Below are positions 58,789-64,000 of a DNA stretch of 64,000 bases, one piece after another; position 1 is the first letter of the stretch, and every line of letters begins with the position of its first letter. The notes beneath the pieces are model-generated. The model worked only from the letters and a program-made list of their open reading frames with translations. It was not told the origin of the DNA and searched no databases. The position numbers and the translations under genes are program-made. The DNA comes from an uncultured Verrucomicrobiae bacterium (GTDB taxonomy: Bacteria > Verrucomicrobiota > Verrucomicrobiia > Chthoniobacterales > Chthoniobacteraceae): positions 480,001 to 544,000 of the forward strand of contig CAWIKF010000001.1 of NCBI GenBank assembly GCA_963836755.1, given 5' to 3'.

Positions 58789-59045
58789 TTATGGCGGCGC
58801 GGCGTCGACCGCGGGGACTTTCACGCGATCCAAGTCCTGCTTCACCGCGCGAAGTCAGGCATCCTTCAGGCGCCAGTTTTCCCAGACGAATGGAGATTGA
58901 AACCGCCTCCGTCCGGCTTGAATTCCTTCGTGTTGAAAACCGATGAGCCGTCGGCGGCAACTTTGATTTTCATCCGCTCCGTTTTGCCGGCGAGCCCATT
59001 CATGTCAGTGACGAGTTGGGGAGCGCCGTGTGGTGTGAAAGTCAT
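58789..59045 (-). pseudogene. Possible decayed gene fragment
   Basis: Protein-like reading MTFTPHGAPQLVTDMNG...NTKEFKPDGGG that continues after a frame change as QSPFVWENWRLKDA*LRAVKQDLDRVKVPAVDAAPP*; no family recognised. Confidence 0.3.
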
Positions 59046-59179
59046 GCGCGGGATGCCGTCACCTTTAGCAGCCACGCGCTGCGCAGCCAATCGCATCTTT
59101 GTTGCAACTGTGAAACTTTGTGGTTTCCCCGCGGCCTCATCTCGCGGAGAGTCTCACGTTTTTTAACAAAAGCGCGCAC

Positions 59180-60844
59180 ATGCAAACCATCGTCATCGGC
59201 CACAAAAATCCCGACATGGATTCCATCTGCTCGGCCGTCGGCTATGCGCGGCTGAAGACTTTGAATGGCGTCCCCGATGTCATCGCCGGGCGCGCGGGGA
59301 ATACGAATGAGCGCATCGATTTCGTGCTCGGGAAGTTCGGCGTGGAAGCACCCGTCTTTTTCAGCGATGTCTCGCCGCGCGTCGGCGATGTGATGCAGCG
59401 CGAGGTGATTTCCGTGCCCGCCGATTGCACGGTTTACGATGCCGTGCAGATCATCGAGCGCAACCGCCTGCGCGGCCTGCCGGTGCTCGATGCCGATGGC
59501 TGCTGCCTCGGCCTGCTCTCGACTTACAAGGTCAACCATTACCTTTTCCCGCCGCGCGACGAGGCGCTTTCCGCGCGCAATGTCTGCGCGTCGCTCGCCG
59601 GCATCGCCGCAAGCTTTGCCGGGAAAATTCTTCGCGGCAATCGCAGCGCCGAGATTGAAAATTTCACGCTCGTCATCGGCGCGATGCAGACCGAATCCTT
59701 CACGCGCCGCCTCGCGAGCACGCAGGAGAAAAACATCATCCTCCTCGTCGGCGATCGCGATGAAGTCCAGCTCCGCGCAATCGCCGGCGGCGTCCGCGCC
59801 ATCGTCATCACCGGCGGACTCGCCGCGAGCGACCGCGTCCAGGAGGCGGCGGAAAAAGCGGACGTCACGCTGATCAGCTCGCCGCACGATACTGCGACTT
59901 CGGTGCTCCTCGCGCGCGGTGCGACAAAAGTTGACCGCATGCTCAGCTCGGAGTTGAAAACGTTCCATGCCGACACTCCGCTCGCCTCCGCACGCGACCT
60001 CGCGGCGATTTCGCACGCGTTCGTCTTCCCGATTCTCGACGACCACAAAAAGCTCGTCGGCATCTTATCGAAAAGCGATTTCATCAAGCCTATCCCGCGC
60101 CAGCTCATCCTCGTGGATCACAACGAGCTCTCGCAGGCAGTCCCCGGCGCCGCCGACATGCCGATCGTCGAGGTGCTCGATCATCATCGGCTCGGTGGAT
60201 TTTCCACGCACGCGCCGATCCATTTCTGGAATTATCCCGTCGGCTCGACCAGCACCATCGTCGCACTTTGTTATGAGCAGATGCGCACGAACATGCCGCC
60301 GGACATCGCTGGCCTGCTGATGGCGGGCGTGATTTCCGACACGCTCAATCTCACTTCGCCGACGACCACGCCGACCGATTGCCGCATCCTCCAGCAGCTC
60401 GCGGAGATAGCCGGCGTCGAGCCCGCCACTCTCGCGAGTGAAATTTTCTCCGTCGGCTCGCCGCTCTCCACGATGTCCGCCGAGCAAGTCGTGACGGCCG
60501 ATTGCAAGGAATACGACGAGGCCGGCATCCGCTTCAGCGTGTCGCAAGTCGAGGAAATGAACCTGACGCGATTCTACGAGCGCGAGACCGAGATCGCCGC
60601 CGCGCTCGCCCGTTTCCGTGCGCGGCAGGGACTTTATTTCGCCGCGCTTTTCGTGACCGACGTCACTTCGCAGAACTCGCTGCTGCTCCTTTCCGCGCCG
60701 CCCGAGTTTGTTTCAAAAATCGATTTTCCCGCGAAACACGAGAGCCTTTGGGAACTGCCGGGCGTCGTCTCGCGCAAGAAGCAACTCCTGCCGCATCTGC
60801 TCACGTTGCTGGGAGCTTCTGCTTCTGCTCCAGCACAGGCTTGA
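59180..60844 (+). CDS. ppaC: Mn-dependent family II inorganic pyrophosphatase with CBS-DRTGG insertion
   Basis: GHKNPDMDSICS, VGDR (DRTGG), two CBS domains, LVDHNE, LDHH, SDTL and VVSRKKQ motifs. Confidence 0.92.
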   Translation: MQTIVIGHKNPDMDSICSAVGYARLKTLNGVPDVIAGRAGNTNERIDFVLGKFGVEAPVFFSDVSPRVGDVMQREVISVPADCTVYDAVQIIERNRLRGLPVLDADGCCLGLLSTYKVNHYLFPPRDEALSARNVCASLAGIAASFAGKILRGNRSAEIENFTLVIGAMQTESFTRRLASTQEKNIILLVGDRDEVQLRAIAGGVRAIVITGGLAASDRVQEAAEKADVTLISSPHDTATSVLLARGATKVDRMLSSELKTFHADTPLASARDLAAISHAFVFPILDDHKKLVGILSKSDFIKPIPRQLILVDHNELSQAVPGAADMPIVEVLDHHRLGGFSTHAPIHFWNYPVGSTSTIVALCYEQMRTNMPPDIAGLLMAGVISDTLNLTSPTTTPTDCRILQQLAEIAGVEPATLASEIFSVGSPLSTMSAEQVVTADCKEYDEAGIRFSVSQVEEMNLTRFYERETEIAAALARFRARQGLYFAALFVTDVTSQNSLLLLSAPPEFVSKIDFPAKHESLWELPGVVSRKKQLLPHLLTLLGASASAPAQA

Positions 60845-61709
60845 AGAGGTCGCCCTTCTTCGCAACCCGCTTCAGCACAGCCTCCGCGTCAAAGACGAGC
60901 AAGTCCGCGTCCTTCTTTTTGAGGCAATTTTCCACCTCGTCCCACGTCACCGGCGTCGAGACAGTCGGCTGCTGTTTCGCGCGCAGCGAGTAAACGCTGA
61001 TCGTCGTCTTGTGCTCGTCATTTTGACTCCAATCGACAAGCACTTTGTTCTTGCGCAAACTTTTTAACATCTTGGAAACAACCGCATCCGGATGTTGCCG
61101 CTCCAGCCTTTCCGCCAGTGCGTGCGAATATGCCTTTGTCGCGTCAAAGTTCACCTTCGTATTCAGCGGCGCGTAGACCTGCAATCCCTTCGAGCCCGAC
61201 GTCTTCGCGTAGCTCTCCAGCCCATCGCCCGCCATGATCTCGCGCAGCCAAATCCCGACCTGACAGCATTGCACCATGTCCGCCGGCGCGCCCGGATCGA
61301 GATCGAAGACGAGCACCGTCGGCTGCTCCGGCTTGCGCGAGGCAGCCAGCGCCACGTGCAGCTCCAGGTCGGCGAGATTCGCCGCCCAGACCAGCGTCGG
61401 CAAATCCTTCGCGAGACAGTAATGCATCGTCCGCTGGTTCCCCTCGCTCCAGATCGGCGCGGTCTTCACCCACGGCGGCCGATGCTCCGGGCAGTTCTTT
61501 TCGTAAAAGAAAAAGCCGTCCACGCCATTCGGGTAGCGCTTCAGCGTCAGCGCGCGGTTTTTGATGTGCGGCAGCAGCACCGGCGCGATGCGGATGTAAT
61601 AATTGATCACATCTCCCTTCGTGAAACCGGCGGCGGGATAAAGAACCTTGTCGAGATTGGTCACGGGGATGTTGCGCCCCTCGACCTCGAGCTCAGCAGA
61701 TTTGCCCAT
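60801..61709 (-). CDS. Stand-alone LigD polymerase (primase-polymerase) domain protein
   Basis: TNLDKVLYP, RYPNG...FF.KN, ELH, FDLDPG, KTSGSKGLQ, DWSQN...KT...YSLRA and PTVSTPVTW motifs; no ligase or phosphoesterase domain. Confidence 0.92.
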   Translation of the reverse strand: MGKSAELEVEGRNIPVTNLDKVLYPAAGFTKGDVINYYIRIAPVLLPHIKNRALTLKRYPNGVDGFFFYEKNCPEHRPPWVKTAPIWSEGNQRTMHYCLAKDLPTLVWAANLADLELHVALAASRKPEQPTVLVFDLDPGAPADMVQCCQVGIWLREIMAGDGLESYAKTSGSKGLQVYAPLNTKVNFDATKAYSHALAERLERQHPDAVVSKMLKSLRKNKVLVDWSQNDEHKTTISVYSLRAKQQPTVSTPVTWDEVENCLKKKDADLLVFDAEAVLKRVAKKGDLFKPVLEQKQKLPAT

Positions 61710-61875
61710 ACCCAAGAGAATCGCGCGCAAGCGTCTCACCCGCCGTAAGTCTCATCTGGTAGGCAAGCTATGCAGGTCCTGAGAAATGCGGTGGCGTCTG
61801 CCAATGGTTTGCCCGCCGATTCCCATTGCAGGAAATACCCTGCAAATCTGCGCATTTGTCGCATAATTTTACTCC

Positions 61876-63657
61876 ATGCTTGAAGGCCACGAAGAACTTC
61901 GCGATTTCCGCACCGATCGCCGGATGCTCGTGCTCATAGCGCTTGCGCTGCCGATCGGCATCTTGAGCGCGTTCGTCGCAAAAGCTTTGCTCTGGCTGAT
62001 CGCGATCATCTCGAACTTTGTTTTCTACCAGCACTTTTCTCCCGTGCTCGTCCCGCTCACCCAGCATCATCTCGGTGCTTGGGTCATCGCGGTGCCGGTG
62101 CTTGGCGCGATCATCATCGGGGTGATGGCGCGCTACGGCTCGGAGAAAATCCGCGGCCACGGCATTCCAGAGGCGCTCGAGGCGATCCTGCTCGGGCGCA
62201 GTTTGATCCAGCCGAAGATCGCATTCTTGAAACCGGTTTCCTCGGCGATTTCCATCGGCACCGGCGGCCCATTCGGCGCGGAAGGTCCGATCATCATGAC
62301 CGGCGGCGCGGTCGGCTCGATGTTCGCGCAATTGTTTCGTCTCACGGCGGCGGAGCGCAAAACTCTGCTCGTCGCCGGTGCGGCGGGCGGGATGGCTGCC
62401 GTCTTCGCGACACCCATCGCAGCAACTTTGCTCGCAGTAGAGCTGCTGCTTTTTGAATGGCGGCCGCGCAGCTTCATTCCCGTCGCGGTCTCAGCAGTGG
62501 CGGCGTCGGTCGGGCGCGTGCCCCTGCTTGGTGCCGGGCCGGTATTTCCCATCATGCCGCATGACAATCTCAGCGCATCGGCGCTGGGGGCGGCTGTGCT
62601 GATCGGTATCATCGTCGGATTCGGCTCCGGCCTCGCGACGGTGATCGTCTACTTTTTCGAGGATCTTTTTCAAAAACTTCCCGTCCACTGGATGTGGTGG
62701 CCGGCCATTGGCGGCCTGTTCGTCGGCATCGGCGGATGGATCGACCCGCGCGTGCTCGGCGTCGGCTATGAACTGATCCACGGCCTTCTGCGCGGCAACA
62801 TCCTCGGCGCGACTTTGCTCGGCCTGCTCATCGCGAAAACCCTCGTATGGGCCATCGCGCTCGGCTCCGGCACTTCCGGCGGCGTGCTCGCGCCGCTGCT
62901 CATCATCGGCGGCGCGCTCGGCGCAGCGTGCGGCCAGTTTTTACCCGTCGGCGACGCCGGTTTGTGGGCGATGATTGGCATGGCCGCGATGATGGGCGGC
63001 ACGATGCGCGCCCCGCTCACCGGCATGTTTTTCCTGCTCGAGCTCACGCACGATTTCAATGCGCTGCCCGAGCTCCTCTGCGGCTCCGTCGCCGCGCTCG
63101 GCGTGACCGTGCTGCTCCTGCGCCGTTCGATTTTGACGGAAAAACTCGCCCGCCGCGGCCAGCACATCGCCTGCGAATACAGCGTCGATATCTTCGAAGT
63201 CGCGCGCGTCGGCGAGGTGATGACCCGCAACGTGCCGCTCATCCCCGCCACCACGCCGCTGCACGAATTCTCCGCACGGCTCGCGAGCGGCGACCCGGCG
63301 GTCTGCGCTCGGCAGGGAACTTTGCTCTCCGATGAAAATGGACGCCTCGTCGGCATCGTCACGCGCGGCGACGTCGTCCGCGCGCTGGAAACAAAGCCGG
63401 GCCGCGAGACCACGCTGCTCGAAGCGGGCAAATCCGATTTGATCGTCACACATCCCGAGGAAACGCTGCACGACGCCATTGGCAAATTGCTCAAGCACAA
63501 CATTGGCCGGCTGCCCGTCGTCTCCCGCGACGATGCGCAAAAAGTAGTTGGCTACCTCGGCCGCGCAGGCATCCTCGCCGCGCGCCAGAAGTATCACCAC
63601 GAGGAAGAGATCCGCGAACGCGGTTTCGGCCCCCAGCCCCAATTCGCCGGCACCTAG
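61876..63657 (+). CDS. ClC family anion channel/transporter with tandem CBS domains
   Basis: GHGIPE, GGPFGAEGP, AGAAGGMAAVF.TP, ELL and GSGTSGG..AP motifs; C-terminal CBS pair. Confidence 0.93.
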   Translation: MLEGHEELRDFRTDRRMLVLIALALPIGILSAFVAKALLWLIAIISNFVFYQHFSPVLVPLTQHHLGAWVIAVPVLGAIIIGVMARYGSEKIRGHGIPEALEAILLGRSLIQPKIAFLKPVSSAISIGTGGPFGAEGPIIMTGGAVGSMFAQLFRLTAAERKTLLVAGAAGGMAAVFATPIAATLLAVELLLFEWRPRSFIPVAVSAVAASVGRVPLLGAGPVFPIMPHDNLSASALGAAVLIGIIVGFGSGLATVIVYFFEDLFQKLPVHWMWWPAIGGLFVGIGGWIDPRVLGVGYELIHGLLRGNILGATLLGLLIAKTLVWAIALGSGTSGGVLAPLLIIGGALGAACGQFLPVGDAGLWAMIGMAAMMGGTMRAPLTGMFFLLELTHDFNALPELLCGSVAALGVTVLLLRRSILTEKLARRGQHIACEYSVDIFEVARVGEVMTRNVPLIPATTPLHEFSARLASGDPAVCARQGTLLSDENGRLVGIVTRGDVVRALETKPGRETTLLEAGKSDLIVTHPEETLHDAIGKLLKHNIGRLPVVSRDDAQKVVGYLGRAGILAARQKYHHEEEIRERGFGPQPQFAGT

Positions 63658-63825
63658 CGGGTAACGGCATGGGTCCAAGGAGTGACCGGCCATGTCAAGC
63701 AGTCATCGGCTAATACTAAGCGATGACCGCCTTGGGTTAAGGGACGACCGACCGATATCAAGCGATGCCCGGCTGATATCAAGCGACGACCGGCTAGGCT
63801 AAGGCGGTGACCGCGTAACATTAGC
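63655..63825. repeat. Degenerate 21-bp tandem repeat, block A (about 8 units)
   Basis: Core [AG]YGACCG[GC]-like motif recurs at 63661, 63682, 63702, 63723, 63744, 63765, 63786 and 63807 (period 21 with one 20-bp unit); consensus about YAAGCGAYGACCGGCYGATAT. Confidence 0.85.
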
Positions 63826-63858
63826 TGAAGAGGGCTTCATATATCTGCATAAAAACCG

Positions 63859-64000
63859 CCACCGCGCAGGATTACGTAGCGAGGATGCAGTCTTACATGA
63901 AGCGGATGACATATTACACGACGACCGCGCAGTATTACATCGTCACCATGCAGTGCTGCATGAAGACCGTGCAGTATTACACGACGACCATGTAGTGCTA
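63859..64000. repeat. Degenerate 21-bp tandem repeat, block B (at least 7 units, runs off the window)
   Basis: TTAC/CTGC/CTA recurs at 63872, 63893, 63914, 63935, 63956, 63977 and 63998 (exact period 21); consensus about CGACCRTGCAGTATTACAYGA. Confidence 0.9.

Noticed and set aside
61710..61875. Fluoride riboswitch upstream of the ClC gene; palindrome TTGCAGG-N6-CCTGCAA at 61826-61845
   Set aside because: No GGCGATGG/GATGAC-type crcB motif and the protein lacks the fluoride-CLC signature; the palindrome is a single instance with no assignable regulator.
63655..64000. CRISPR array
   Set aside because: Units are 21 bp in total with diffuse degeneracy; there is no invariant 23-47 bp repeat separated by unique spacers and no cas gene in the window.

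Overview
Bacterial chromosomal window, most likely from Verrucomicrobia (Chthoniobacterales-like). This is inferred from gene content and from a TGTTC-N4-GAACA operator directly upstream of lexA. Bases 1-20.7 kb are the distal part of an exopolysaccharide/capsule locus: nine GT-B/GT4-type glycosyltransferases, one GT2, a GT11 alpha-1,2-fucosyltransferase, a methyltransferase, a Wzy/O-antigen-ligase-like protein and a WcaJ-type priming transferase. The locus also holds a 1651-aa secreted multimodular clan GH-A glycoside hydrolase with three copies of an unnamed C-terminal domain. The rest is mostly core genome: icd, ilvB, glnB, uppP, cimA, lexA, tRNA-Ser(TGA), ruvB, moeB, rffA, ppaC, a LigD polymerase module, a ClC channel and three two-component systems. 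The leading observations are four. (1) A second perfect LexA box lies in front of an output-less PAS-PAS gene, a candidate new SOS-regulon member. (2) A CusRS/HprRS-like system with its own palindromic box sits upstream of a GT-C transferase and a PIG-L deacetylase, a candidate regulated envelope-modification module. (3) Two degenerate 21-bp tandem arrays encoding x-D-D-R-x-V/I-L heptads run off the right edge. (4) A gamma-glutamyl hydrolase/transglutaminase pair is divergent from glnB. No CRISPR array, integrase or transposase was seen. All calls come from reading motifs by eye; no database searches or computations were run.
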